64,000 bases of DNA from NCBI GenBank assembly GCA_043799715.1, contig JAZDNM010000007.1, positions 21,265 through 85,264 on the forward strand. Direction: 5' to 3'. The translations under genes and the position numbers were made by a program. The stretch's first letter is position 1; each line of letters begins with the position of its first letter. This document shows positions 1 through 8,174 of this stretch, one piece after another. This stretch comes from an archaeon. GTDB lineage: Archaea; Nanobdellota; Nanobdellia; Pacearchaeales; DTIR01. The notes beneath the pieces are model-generated. The model made no database searches. It was given only the letters and a program-made list of their open reading frames with translations, and was not told where the DNA came from.

Positions 1-1163
1 AGCTTCTTGAGGACATGGACTTATATGCTGAAGGGATGCCCATTGAAAAAATGACAGAGGCAATAGCAAAAGGCAAGATAAAATGCCCGAAATGTTCCGG
101 GGAATTAAGCGAAGTGAAGTGGTTCAACATGATGTTTGCTGTGCCAATCGGATTTGCAGGCGAGAAAGGCTATCTTACCCCTGAAACAGCCCAGTCCTCT
201 TACATAGCATTCAACCAGGAGTTTGACGCAACAAGGAAAAAGCTTCCTTTGGGTTTAGCGATAATAGACAAGGCATACAGGAATGAAATCTCGCCAAGGC
301 AGCTTTTTTTCAGGTTAAGGGAGTTCACACAGGCAGAACTGCAGATTTTCTTTGACAAGGATGATATGGACAAGCTTGACGAGAAAAAATGGAAGAATAT
401 TGAGGATACAAAACTGAAAATTAAGCTTGCAAAAGAAAAAGAAGCAAAAGAAATATCATGCAAGGAGCTGAACAAAACCTTCCCCAAGTTCTACCTTTAC
501 AATGCCTCAAAGATTCAGAATTTCTATCTTAATGTCATGAAAATTCCAAAAGCAAAATTTAGATTCAGGGAATTGAGCCAAGAAGAAAGGGCTTTCTACA
601 ACAAGATACACATGGATGTTGAGCTTGAGATTGACAGCCTTAACGGCTTCAAGGAAGTTGCGGGATTGCATTACAGGACAGACCATGACTTGCAGGGGCA
701 TGCAAAAACCTCTGGCAAGAATCTGGAAGTTTTTTACAATGAGAAAAAAATCATTCCCCATGTTCTTGAGCTTTCATTCGGGGTTGATAGGAATGTTTAT
801 GCAGTTATTGACATATTCTACAGAAAAGAAAAGCTCAAGGATGATGAAAGGGCTATTTTCAGCTTTCCAAAGGAGATTTCGCCTTTCAATGCAGCTATTT
901 TCCCTCTTGTGAACAAGGATGGATTGGACAGCGAGGCTGAAAAAATTTACAGGATGCTGAAAAAATATCAGCTGAACATTTTCTATGATGATTCAGGCAG
1001 CATTGGAAGAAGATACAGGAGGCAGGACGAGATTGGCACTCCATACTGCATCACAATAGACTACGACAGCATGAAAGACAAGACAGTCACAATCAGGGAC
1101 CGGGACACAATGAAGCAGGAAAGAGTAAAGATTTCCGAACTGTCTGAAATTTTGATGAAATAA
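1..1163 (+). CDS. glyS: Glycyl-tRNA synthetase, archaeal/eukaryal class II type (C-terminal part; 5' end runs off the window)
   Basis: The frame is open from base 3 with no stop before the listed Met at 15. Class II core motifs are present (FRLREFTQAELQIFF, ELSFGVDR), as is the anticodon-binding tail (SIGRRYRRQDEIGTPYCITIDYDS). Confidence 0.9.
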   Translation, partial: LLEDMDLYAEGMPIEKMTEAIAKGKIKCPKCSGELSEVKWFNMMFAVPIGFAGEKGYLTPETAQSSYIAFNQEFDATRKKLPLGLAIIDKAYRNEISPRQLFFRLREFTQAELQIFFDKDDMDKLDEKKWKNIEDTKLKIKLAKEKEAKEISCKELNKTFPKFYLYNASKIQNFYLNVMKIPKAKFRFRELSQEERAFYNKIHMDVELEIDSLNGFKEVAGLHYRTDHDLQGHAKTSGKNLEVFYNEKKIIPHVLELSFGVDRNVYAVIDIFYRKEKLKDDERAIFSFPKEISPFNAAIFPLVNKDGLDSEAEKIYRMLKKYQLNIFYDDSGSIGRRYRRQDEIGTPYCITIDYDSMKDKTVTIRDRDTMKQERVKISELSEILMK

Positions 1164-1181
1164 ATTTATCAGCTAACAGAA

Positions 1182-1592
1182 ATGGAATATGAAGAATTAT
1201 TAATAAAAGATTACAAGTATTGGACAATTTATCTTTACAAAAACCAGTATTATCTGGGAAGAGTTTATATCTGGGCAAAAAGGGAAAATGCCTTTGATTT
1301 TATGGACATTACTTCTGAAGAACAAAAAGAATTTTTTGAGATAGGAAGAGCTGTAAAAAAGGCATTAAAAAAATTGTTTAATCCCGACTTGTTTAATTGG
1401 GTTTCACAGGGAAATATCACTCCTCACTTGCATATTCATTTAATCCCAAGATATGCTTCCCCAAGAAAATTTGGAGAAATTGATTTCAATGATGAAAGAT
1501 GGGGCAAGAACTATGCACCTTATAACTATGATTTTAAAGTTTCCAAAGAAGTCCTTATTAAAATTAGGGATGCTATAAAAAAAGAGTTATAG
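1182..1592 (+). CDS. HIT (histidine triad) family hydrolase
   Basis: 136 aa with the histidine-triad motif PHLHIHLIPRY. Confidence 0.8.
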   Translation: MEYEELLIKDYKYWTIYLYKNQYYLGRVYIWAKRENAFDFMDITSEEQKEFFEIGRAVKKALKKLFNPDLFNWVSQGNITPHLHIHLIPRYASPRKFGEIDFNDERWGKNYAPYNYDFKVSKEVLIKIRDAIKKEL

Positions 1593-1647
1593 ATTACCCA
1601 TACAGCAAGAACTACTTTTATAAACGCTTTTTCTCTCAATAAATCAG

Positions 1648-1719
1648 GGGCCCATAGTTTAACGGTTAGAACACGAGGCTGGCAGTCTTGTGATTCGGGT
1701 TCGATTCCCGATGGGTCCA
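1648..1719 (+). tRNA. tRNA-Ala (anticodon GGC), no intron
   Basis: Hand-folded 72-nt cloverleaf. Acceptor GGGCCCA/TGGGTCC includes the G3:U70 alanine identity pair. Anticodon loop is CTGGCAG and T-loop is TTCGATT. Confidence 0.85.
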
Positions 1720-1844
1720 TAATCAGAACCAATTGAGATTGGTTCCGATACCTCCAACAATCAAACCTCATAATAAAAAGAACCAAGGGTTCTCTTTATG
1801 AACTCTCCTTCATTAGAATAGGAGATTTTGATAACCTAAAAAAA

Positions 1845-2276
1845 ATGGCAAAAAAAGAAAATAAGGGCTGCATTTTCTGCAGGATAGCCAGAAAGGAAAT
1901 TCCTGCAGAGATAGTCTATGAGGACAGGAATTTCCTCGCGTTTCTTGATATAAAACCTGCAACAAAGAAAGGAGGGCACACACTTGTGATACCCAAGAAA
2001 CATTACGACATCATAACAGACATGCCCTCTGAAGAGCTTGCAGGCATGATGGTTGCTGTAAAGAAAGTTTCAGGCGCGCTTATGAAAATCTCAGAGGGCT
2101 TGAATATACTGCAGAACAATAAAAAAGCTGCAGGGCAGTTTGTCAATCATGTGCATTTCCACTTAATCCCAAGATACAGGGATGACCATATAGTAATAGA
2201 AAAGTGGAAAGAGTGCGAATACAAGGGCAACAGGATAAATGAAGTCTCAGAGAAAATAAGAAATCTTTTAAAATAG
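1845..2276 (+). CDS. HIT family protein (HinT-like nucleotide hydrolase)
   Basis: 143 aa with N-terminal CIFCRI and the HIT motif HVHFHLIPRY. Confidence 0.85.
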   Translation: MAKKENKGCIFCRIARKEIPAEIVYEDRNFLAFLDIKPATKKGGHTLVIPKKHYDIITDMPSEELAGMMVAVKKVSGALMKISEGLNILQNNKKAAGQFVNHVHFHLIPRYRDDHIVIEKWKECEYKGNRINEVSEKIRNLLK

Positions 2277-2295
2277 CAACTCTTCACTCTATTGC

Positions 2296-2388
2296 GGCTG
2301 TGTAGCTCAGTTGGCAGAGCGCTGCTCTCATGCAATCATCATGATTTAAGAAAGGCAGATGTCGGCGGTTCAACTCCGCCCACAGCCA
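2296..2388 (+). tRNA. tRNA with anticodon CAU (elongator Met or Ile2), 20-nt intron at 37/38 (2333-2352)
   Basis: Acceptor GGCTGTG/CACAGCC, D-arm GCTC-AGTTGGCA-GAGC, anticodon stem CTGCT/GGCAG and T-arm GGCGG-TTCAACT-CCGCC. The mature length is 73 nt once the intron is removed. Confidence 0.8.
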
Positions 2389-2419
2389 TAAATAAAAAAA
2401 GGTTGAAAAGATAAAAAAA

Positions 2420-2737
2420 TTACTTCCTTGCGAGGGTTATGTCAATTGTGCTTACATTGACTCTTCTTCCCTCTTGGTTGTCAAATTCTTCTGAGTCAAT
2501 CTTTATGTCCTTAACGAAGACACCCTGCTCTTTCAGGAATTTTTTCGCTGTAACCTCTGCAATGTCAACTGCACGGCTGATAAACTTGCCTCTTGCCCTT
2601 ACTATCACTTCCCTTGCACCTTTTGTTGTGAATTGCATTACTACGCCGGTTACATAGTTCATGAAAGGCTTTCCTCCAACAAAGATTGTATTGGTGTCTT
2701 CCTTGCCCCTCACTTTCTTCGCCTGTTCTTCTGTCAT
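2420..2737 (-). CDS. albA: Alba (Sac10b) DNA/RNA-binding protein
   Basis: 105 aa with NTIFVGGKPFMNYVTGVVMQF...VIVRARGKFISRAVDIAEV. A GGAGGT Shine-Dalgarno lies 8 nt upstream, so the gene is probably co-transcribed with S17e. Confidence 0.9.
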   Translation of the reverse strand: MTEEQAKKVRGKEDTNTIFVGGKPFMNYVTGVVMQFTTKGAREVIVRARGKFISRAVDIAEVTAKKFLKEQGVFVKDIKIDSEEFDNQEGRRVNVSTIDITLARK

Positions 2738-2795
2738 CTTTACCTCCTGTCTGTTTTTATGTTTCTGTTATCCAAGCTTTTGCTTGAGCATGATA

Positions 2796-2981
2796 TCACT
2801 TCTTGTTCATTTTGACAAGCCTTGTTATGTATCCAACAACTATGTTCCTTGTTCTCTTGTTTGGGATAAGCCCCTTGACAAGCTGCTTGTTCTTCTCAAA
2901 ATCTAATGAAAAAGAGGATTTGTTCTCCAAAAAGAACTGCTTTCCTGTCTTTTTCATTATTCCTGATTTTATTCTTCCCAT
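2796..2981 (-). CDS. rps17e: 30S ribosomal protein S17e
   Basis: 61 aa: MGRIKS...DFEKNKQLV...RNIVVGYITRLVK, the typical archaeal eS17 pattern. Confidence 0.8.
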   Translation of the reverse strand: MGRIKSGIMKKTGKQFFLENKSSFSLDFEKNKQLVKGLIPNKRTRNIVVGYITRLVKMNKK

Positions 2982-2990
2982 TTTTCTCCC

Positions 2991-3854
2991 TTACCTTATC
3001 TTCCTTAAAAACAGGGTGCTTTTAAAATTTTCTATCTCAGCCAGAGCCTTTTTTGACGGGTTTCCATCGCACAGGAAAAGCACAGGAAGCCTTCTCGCCT
3101 GGTTGTAGCTAAGCAGGACTCTTATATCATTCTCGCTGATTGACTTCTTGTCCTTTGCAATCACAAGCATCTCTATATCCCCTATTGAGGAGCTGACAAG
3201 AGCCTTCATTATCATGCTTTTTTTCTTTGACTCCTCCTCAGATAGTATTCTTATCTTCTCTTTTTCAAGGAATGCATGAACTTTTTTTGTGAATTCATCC
3301 TCACTTCTCTTTGGCTGCGGCTTTTCAGCCCTTATCACAGGTTTTTCCGCTGCATCAGGAGCTATAGCCTCTTTTGCAGCCTCTTTCTTTGGTTTCCTGG
3401 CTTTGTTTAATGCAGCTTCAGCTGACTTGACAGCTTCCTCATGGCTGAAAGAGTTGAATCTCCAGAAAACTTTTTCCCCTTCTTCTGCTTTTATGCTGAA
3501 CTGGCTTGCAAAATCTTTTATGTTTCTGATTGCAACTCTCAACGCAGGAAGCAAGCTCTCCTCTTCAAGCACATGATGCTTTTGAAGGAGCAGGAACACT
3601 TCCTTTTCTTTTGAAGGAAGATATGTATAAAAATTTTCGAGCATTGGCTCCTGCCCAGGCAGATAGTAAAGCGGAGAGCCCCCCACTTTTAAATTGCTGA
3701 CACGCAATGTTCTGTTTGAAACCATCTCAGAAAGAATTGCTGATGCAAATAATATGCTCAACTCCGCACCTTTTGTGACATGTATCGGCAGCGAAGGGCC
3801 TCTCTGCCCGATAATCTCTGCTATCTTCCTTTTCTTTTCATCAACATCAATCAT
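2991..3854 (-). CDS. Hypothetical protein, apparent tandem winged-helix N-terminus plus an acidic/lysine-rich linker and a small C-terminal domain
   Basis: 287-aa ORF with a GGAGG Shine-Dalgarno upstream. It sits in the EndA-to-Alba operon. I cannot name a family from the sequence. Confidence 0.5.
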   Translation of the reverse strand: MIDVDEKKRKIAEIIGQRGPSLPIHVTKGAELSILFASAILSEMVSNRTLRVSNLKVGGSPLYYLPGQEPMLENFYTYLPSKEKEVFLLLQKHHVLEEESLLPALRVAIRNIKDFASQFSIKAEEGEKVFWRFNSFSHEEAVKSAEAALNKARKPKKEAAKEAIAPDAAEKPVIRAEKPQPKRSEDEFTKKVHAFLEKEKIRILSEEESKKKSMIMKALVSSSIGDIEMLVIAKDKKSISENDIRVLLSYNQARRLPVLFLCDGNPSKKALAEIENFKSTLFLRKIR

Positions 3855-3882
3855 TTTAAGTATCCTCCAGAATCCAAGGCAA

Positions 3883-4455
3883 TTACGGACGTTTCCATGC
3901 TATTTCGTAATAGGTCACATCGTTCTCATCATCTACAATTGCTATGAGAAGATTTTTCTTTGTTGAGTGCGCAACCCTGTTTTTTGCCGCGAATTCATGC
4001 CATGTAAGCCCTGCTGACTCAAACACGGGATAAAGTATCCACTTGGCATGATCCTCCCCAGGCTTTACGCCTCTTTCATAAACCCTGAAATCAGCCCCAA
4101 ACTTCAATGCGGTTTTCAGGATATAGCCCCTGTTTCTCATGTCCTTGAAAACAACAAATCTTGTATGGAAATTATTCTCAATCAGCTGGGCTTCATGAGT
4201 AAATGCATTCATGCTTAATTTTTTATTTGCCTTGTATGCCTGAATCCTGCCCTTTTCCAGCAGATACTGCGCCTCAACAATAGAGTAGTATATCTTGCCC
4301 TCTTTTGGCTCGCCGAACCTGCTTGACTCATAAAGCGAAAAAGCTTCCTTTGAATTTGAAAAAATTCTTCCGCCTTCAAAAACAGCCCTGAAAACTCTGC
4401 CCCTATCAGGAGTTTTTGCTGAACTGGCTTTTGCATTAGTTTTTTTTGCTTTCAT
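3883..4455 (-). CDS. endA: tRNA-splicing endonuclease (short, homotetramer-type size)
   Basis: 190 aa with FKDMRNRGYILKTALKFGADFRVYERG...HAKWILYPV. A TTTAAATAT box starts 29 nt before the ATG. Confidence 0.85.
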   Translation of the reverse strand: MKAKKTNAKASSAKTPDRGRVFRAVFEGGRIFSNSKEAFSLYESSRFGEPKEGKIYYSIVEAQYLLEKGRIQAYKANKKLSMNAFTHEAQLIENNFHTRFVVFKDMRNRGYILKTALKFGADFRVYERGVKPGEDHAKWILYPVFESAGLTWHEFAAKNRVAHSTKKNLLIAIVDDENDVTYYEIAWKRP

Positions 4456-4475
4456 AAGATTATCATGCTCAAATG

Positions 4476-4532
4476 ATATTTAAATCTTGTTCCAAAAAAC
4501 ATCCTTTGTTGAGTTCCAAAAGGTATTTAAGA
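4476..4532. promoter_or_regulatory. Divergent promoter pair for endA (-) and RNase Z (+)
   Basis: TTTAAATAT (minus strand, 4476-4484) and TATTTAAGA (plus strand, 4524-4532) each start exactly 29 nt upstream of their ATG (4455 and 4553). Confidence 0.6.
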
Positions 4533-4552
4533 ATGCAGGGCTTTTCCTGATT

Positions 4553-5446
4553 ATGATAGAGTTGACATTCCTTGGGACATCACAGGCAGTGCCTACAGCA
4601 TCAAGAAACCACACTGCAATGCTGCTAAGATACAAGGATGAAAGCATTCTTGTTGACTGCGGCGAGGGCACGCAGAGGCAGTTCAGGATAGCAAAATTAA
4701 ACCCCTGCAAGCTCACGAGAATTCTTATAACCCACTGGCACGGGGACCATGTTCTTGGCTTGCCTGGCTTGCTCCAGACTCTTGCCTTGAATGGCTACAA
4801 CAAAACTCTTGAAATCTACGGGCCAAGAGGCACAAAGAGATTTTTTGATTTCATTTACAGCATGTTTGTTTTTGCAGGCAATATTAAGATTAATATCACA
4901 GAAATTGAATCAGGGGAATTCATCAAAACAGATGACTTCAGCATTGAAGCACTGCCTTTGCAGCACGGAACAGAGTGCCTTGCTTACAGGTTTTCTGAAC
5001 ATGATAAAAGAAGAATGAATGCTGCAAAAATAAAAAAATTGGGGATTGAAGGGCAGATGATAGGCAGACTGCAGAAAGGGGAAACAATAAGCATTAACGG
5101 GGAAAAAATAAAGCCAGAAGCTGTAAGCAGCATTGAGAAAGGAAAGAAAATTGCATTCATGCTTGACACTGGAGTATGCGACAACTGCATTAAAATTGCA
5201 AAAGATGCTGACTTGCTGATATCAGAGTCAACTTATTCAGATGAATTAAGAGAAAAGGCAAGGGAATACCTACATCTCACTTCAAAGCAGGCTTCTGAAA
5301 TAGCAAAAAAGGCAAAGGCAAGAAAATTAATTCTTACTCATCTCTCGCAGAGATACGAGCGAGAGGAACAGAAAATTCTGCAGGAAGCAAAAAAAGTTTT
5401 CAAGAATACAGAACTGGCAAAAGATTTTATGAGGGTTGAGATATAA
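4553..5446 (+). CDS. rnz: Ribonuclease Z (tRNA 3' endonuclease, metallo-beta-lactamase fold)
   Basis: MIELTFLGTS...ITHWHGDHVLGLPGLL (HxHxDH motif). The start is set at 4553 by the -29 TATA rule. The ORF-track start at 4487 would include the promoter. Confidence 0.9.
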   Translation: MIELTFLGTSQAVPTASRNHTAMLLRYKDESILVDCGEGTQRQFRIAKLNPCKLTRILITHWHGDHVLGLPGLLQTLALNGYNKTLEIYGPRGTKRFFDFIYSMFVFAGNIKINITEIESGEFIKTDDFSIEALPLQHGTECLAYRFSEHDKRRMNAAKIKKLGIEGQMIGRLQKGETISINGEKIKPEAVSSIEKGKKIAFMLDTGVCDNCIKIAKDADLLISESTYSDELREKAREYLHLTSKQASEIAKKAKARKLILTHLSQRYEREEQKILQEAKKVFKNTELAKDFMRVEI

Positions 5447-5488
5447 ATGCGTAGATAAATATTTATATTGAAAGGTTATATTCCTGAT

Positions 5489-5746
5489 ATGCCTAAATTA
5501 GAAAGTTTATGCTCTAAAGATTTTTACTTGAAAGATAATGCTCGTTATAAAGCAATAGATTTTTTACCTACTTTAGGTTTTTTTACAAATTTGTTTAGAA
5601 ATTATAGTTGGAGAGAACCCCCTAAATCATCCACACAAGAGCAAAAAAAATATGTTAGACAAATGCCCTTTTACTCTATTTATCAGGGCCTTTCAAGTTC
5701 TACAGCTTATGTTATAATTGACAATTTTATAAGAAATTTAAAATAA
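5489..5746 (+). CDS. Hypothetical small protein (orphan, very AT-rich)
   Basis: 85 aa from the ATG at 5489. A TATTTATAT box starts 29 nt upstream. No motif is recognisable. Confidence 0.4.
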   Translation: MPKLESLCSKDFYLKDNARYKAIDFLPTLGFFTNLFRNYSWREPPKSSTQEQKKYVRQMPFYSIYQGLSSSTAYVIIDNFIRNLK

Positions 5747-5777
5747 AGATAGATTCTCCTTTTTCATCGTAGTCTAA

Positions 5778-6728
5778 CTATTTCTTCTTCTCTTTTTCCT
5801 TAACAACCTTTGCCTCTGCTTCCTTTATCTTCAGCTTTTCCTGCAGCTCAAGCTTTTCAAGAAGCTCCTTGTACCTGTTCCTTATTGTGACTTCTGTTAT
5901 GCCTGCAACATCAGCCACTTCCCTCTGTGTTTTTTTCTCGTCATTCAGCAATGCTGCAACATACAGTGCAGCTGCTGCAATGCCAGCAGGCCCTCTTCCA
6001 GAAGTCAGCTCTGAAATCTCTGCTTTTTTCAAAATTCTTAATGTGTCATTCTGAGTTCTTGGGGACAAATGCAAAATTGAGGAAAATCTCGGAATGTAAT
6101 CTTTAGGGTTTGAAGGAGTTACTTTTATTGTCAGCTTGCGTGTTATAAACCGATATGTCCTGCCTATCTCCTTTCTCTCAACTTCAGACGCATTTGCTAT
6201 CTCGTCAAGTGTCCTTGGGATGTTGTAGCTGCGGCATGCGGCATATATGCATGCAGCAATAACTGACTCCATGCTTCTGCCCCTGACTAATCCTCTCTGG
6301 AGAATTACATTGTAAACCCTTGATGCCTCTTCTCTTACAATATTTGGCAGGCTGAGGAAAGATGCAACCCTTCTCAGCTCGAACATAGCCAGCCTCAAGT
6401 TTCTTTCAATGCTTGTTGATACTCTTTCCTGCCATTTTTTCAATCTCAGGAATTTTCTTGTCTGCTTTGCCCCCTGAAGCCTGTAAATATCAGAAATCTC
6501 TCCTATGTTTGTTGTCAGCCCCTTGTCAAACTTCTGCATGCTCAATGGAGCTCCGCCTCTGCCTTTCTTGTCGCCTTCTTCAAAATGACTCCACTCCTGC
6601 CCGAAGTCAACCATTTTGTCCTCTACAACAAGCCCACAGTCATGGCAGATAATCTCCCCTTTTTGCTCATCATATCTCAAGTTTATGCTTCCGCATTCAG
6701 GGCATTTCTTGATGAATTGTGTAGGCAT
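5778..6728 (-). CDS. tfb: Transcription initiation factor IIB (TFB)
   Basis: 316 aa with an N-terminal zinc ribbon (CPECGS...CHDCGLV) and two cyclin-like repeats. Confidence 0.95.
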   Translation of the reverse strand: MPTQFIKKCPECGSINLRYDEQKGEIICHDCGLVVEDKMVDFGQEWSHFEEGDKKGRGGAPLSMQKFDKGLTTNIGEISDIYRLQGAKQTRKFLRLKKWQERVSTSIERNLRLAMFELRRVASFLSLPNIVREEASRVYNVILQRGLVRGRSMESVIAACIYAACRSYNIPRTLDEIANASEVERKEIGRTYRFITRKLTIKVTPSNPKDYIPRFSSILHLSPRTQNDTLRILKKAEISELTSGRGPAGIAAAALYVAALLNDEKKTQREVADVAGITEVTIRNRYKELLEKLELQEKLKIKEAEAKVVKEKEKKK

Positions 6729-6737
6729 TTTAGCAGT

Positions 6738-6790
6738 ATTTATAAATATTTCCCAAAATGATTTATAAATCTTTCGGAATGTTTATAAAT
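6738..6790 (-). promoter_or_regulatory. Three TATA-like boxes upstream of tfb
   Basis: TTTATAAA cores lie at 6739-6746, 6762-6769 and 6782-6789, spaced 23 and 20 nt apart. Confidence 0.5.
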
Positions 6791-6806
6791 AGAAAAATAG
6801 GGGGGA

Positions 6807-7178
6807 TTATTCTTTCTTTTCCGATACAAGCACTGCGTTGACAAATGATTCCTGACTCGGGCGATTTGTTATTCTTGCATTGCCTATTTCAGTCTCGATT
6901 ATCGCACCCTTAATCAGCACGTTCTGCCTTGCAAGAAACTTGTTTGCAGGGGTTTCAATAACCTTTTTTATAGCTACAATTTTGCATTTCCCTGTTTTTT
7001 TGTCAAGCACATTAGCTGTGTTTGCAGAAAGCAAAACTGTTTTTATTCTTCCGCCCATGCCTCTCATTCCCTTCTTTTTTCCCTTGCCGAGCTTTACAGT
7101 TCTTGTCTGCCCTGTTCTTTCAAAAAGCTTTTTCTTCCTGAATTTTTTGTATCTCCCGCCAGAAGATTTTCTTGCCAT
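6807..7178 (-). CDS. rps8e: 30S ribosomal protein S8e
   Basis: 123 aa: MARKSSGGRYKKFRKKK...NVLIKGAIIETE. A TTTTTAAAC box starts 29 nt before the ATG. Confidence 0.9.
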   Translation of the reverse strand: MARKSSGGRYKKFRKKKLFERTGQTRTVKLGKGKKKGMRGMGGRIKTVLLSANTANVLDKKTGKCKIVAIKKVIETPANKFLARQNVLIKGAIIETEIGNARITNRPSQESFVNAVLVSEKKE

Positions 7179-7211
7179 CCTAGAAGCATAAAATTTCAGT
7201 TTAAAAAGATT

Positions 7212-7311
7212 GTTATTTGCGGCTTTGTCATAAACCTGGGACTTTTATCAATATTATCCTTAATAGGAATTATTGAAAGTCCCGCAAATTGGACAAAGCC
7301 GTTATTTGCGG
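7212..7311 (-). terminator. Structured intergenic element (nested or alternative hairpins followed by a T-run); probable terminator or attenuator after the CAP-domain gene
   Basis: Complementary pairs are cggctttgtc 7220-7229 with gacaaagccg 7292-7301, gggacttt 7238-7245 with aaagtccc 7276-7283, and atttgcgg 7215-7222 or 7304-7311 with ccgcaaat 7282-7289. gttatttgcgg is a direct repeat (7212-7222 and 7301-7311). Confidence 0.4.
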
Positions 7312-7328
7312 TCTGCCTTGGAAAAAAA

Positions 7329-7715
7329 TCAGTAGAATCTCTGAACAAGCACAAGAAGCCCTGATTCGGGATTATACGCAATCTCAGCGCCAATATGAGC
7401 CCATGCTGGATTTATCATGTTATTCCAGTGGCTCTCATCAAAAGAAGAGATGATTCCGGATATGTGCCCTTCAAGCGAATCACTCCCTTTTGAGTATCCC
7501 ATGTTCTCTGATGCATACTCCCCTGAGAAAAATGGATTCGAATGCTTAATCTCCCAAATCCTGTGCTCTCCCCATTTCTGCATCTCCTCAAGAACATACT
7601 GTGCATGCTTCTGCGCAGCATCGCTATTTCTTTCATGGATAAACAAAGGATGCCTTTTGCACTCGCCTCTTTTAAAATTTGTATGGCTGAGTATAAAATA
7701 TCTTATATCACCCAT
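7329..7715 (-). CDS. CAP/SCP/PR-1-like domain protein
   Basis: 128 aa with the pattern ...SGEYASENMGY...GHISGIISSFDESHWNNMINPAWAHIGAEIAY...LVLVQRFY, typical of YkwD/CAP domains. No signal peptide is seen. Confidence 0.5.
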   Translation of the reverse strand: MGDIRYFILSHTNFKRGECKRHPLFIHERNSDAAQKHAQYVLEEMQKWGEHRIWEIKHSNPFFSGEYASENMGYSKGSDSLEGHISGIISSFDESHWNNMINPAWAHIGAEIAYNPESGLLVLVQRFY

Positions 7716-7814
7716 TCCGGTTTCATCAAATTGTGAGATAAATACCTTGTGGAAAATAGAATATATAGATTGAAACAGGGAAATATTTAAAAACTCCCCT
7801 GATGAATTCTTAAA

Positions 7815-8072
7815 ATGGTCAACGGCGTCGAAAGACCCCTGGATTTGCTGAACAATTCCAAGGGTAAAGAGATACTTGTGCAGTTGAAGAATGACAGGCA
7901 GTTAGTCGGAACTTTGCTAGCATTTGACATACATATAAACATTGTCCTAGACAATGCAAAGGAAATTGAGAACAATGAGGCAAAGAGAAGCATAGGACTG
8001 GTTTTTGTCAGAGGCGACACGATAATCTTCATATCGCCTGCATCAACTTCTGCGCATGCAAAGAAAGAGTAA
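7815..8072 (+). CDS. Sm-like (LSm/SmAP) RNA-binding protein
   Basis: 85 aa with Sm1/Sm2 motifs (ILVQLKNDRQLVGTLLAFDIHINIVLDNA...VFVRGDTIIFI). A TTTAAAAAC box sits at -29. Confidence 0.9.
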   Translation: MVNGVERPLDLLNNSKGKEILVQLKNDRQLVGTLLAFDIHINIVLDNAKEIENNEAKRSIGLVFVRGDTIIFISPASTSAHAKKE

Positions 8073-8107
8073 GAGAACAGGGATTCTGGCTTGTTTCTGA
8101 TAGGTTT

Positions 8108-8129
8108 TCTGGTGCATTAAGTGTCCATA
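8108..8129 (+). repeat. Left terminal inverted repeat TCTGGTGCATTAAGTGTCCATA
   Basis: It is the exact reverse complement of 12618-12639. The TTCTG-TGCA core resembles IS6-family ends (GGTTCTGTTGCAAAGT). Confidence 0.85.
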
Positions 8130-8174
8130 ATCATGGCTTTTTTATGAGAAAAGAAGATAGAAATAATTGAGAAA

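Noticed and set aside
1526-1786. 86-aa minus-strand ORF
   Set aside because: It runs antisense across tRNA-Ala and the hairpin module, so the tRNA fold explains the sequence.
7212-7311. Possible H/ACA guide RNA (hairpin with internal loops and an ACA downstream on the minus strand)
   Set aside because: The ACA lies about 7 nt beyond a 10-bp lower stem, which puts it about 24 nt from the pocket instead of about 14-15 nt. No K-turn is evident, so I kept it only as a generic structured element.
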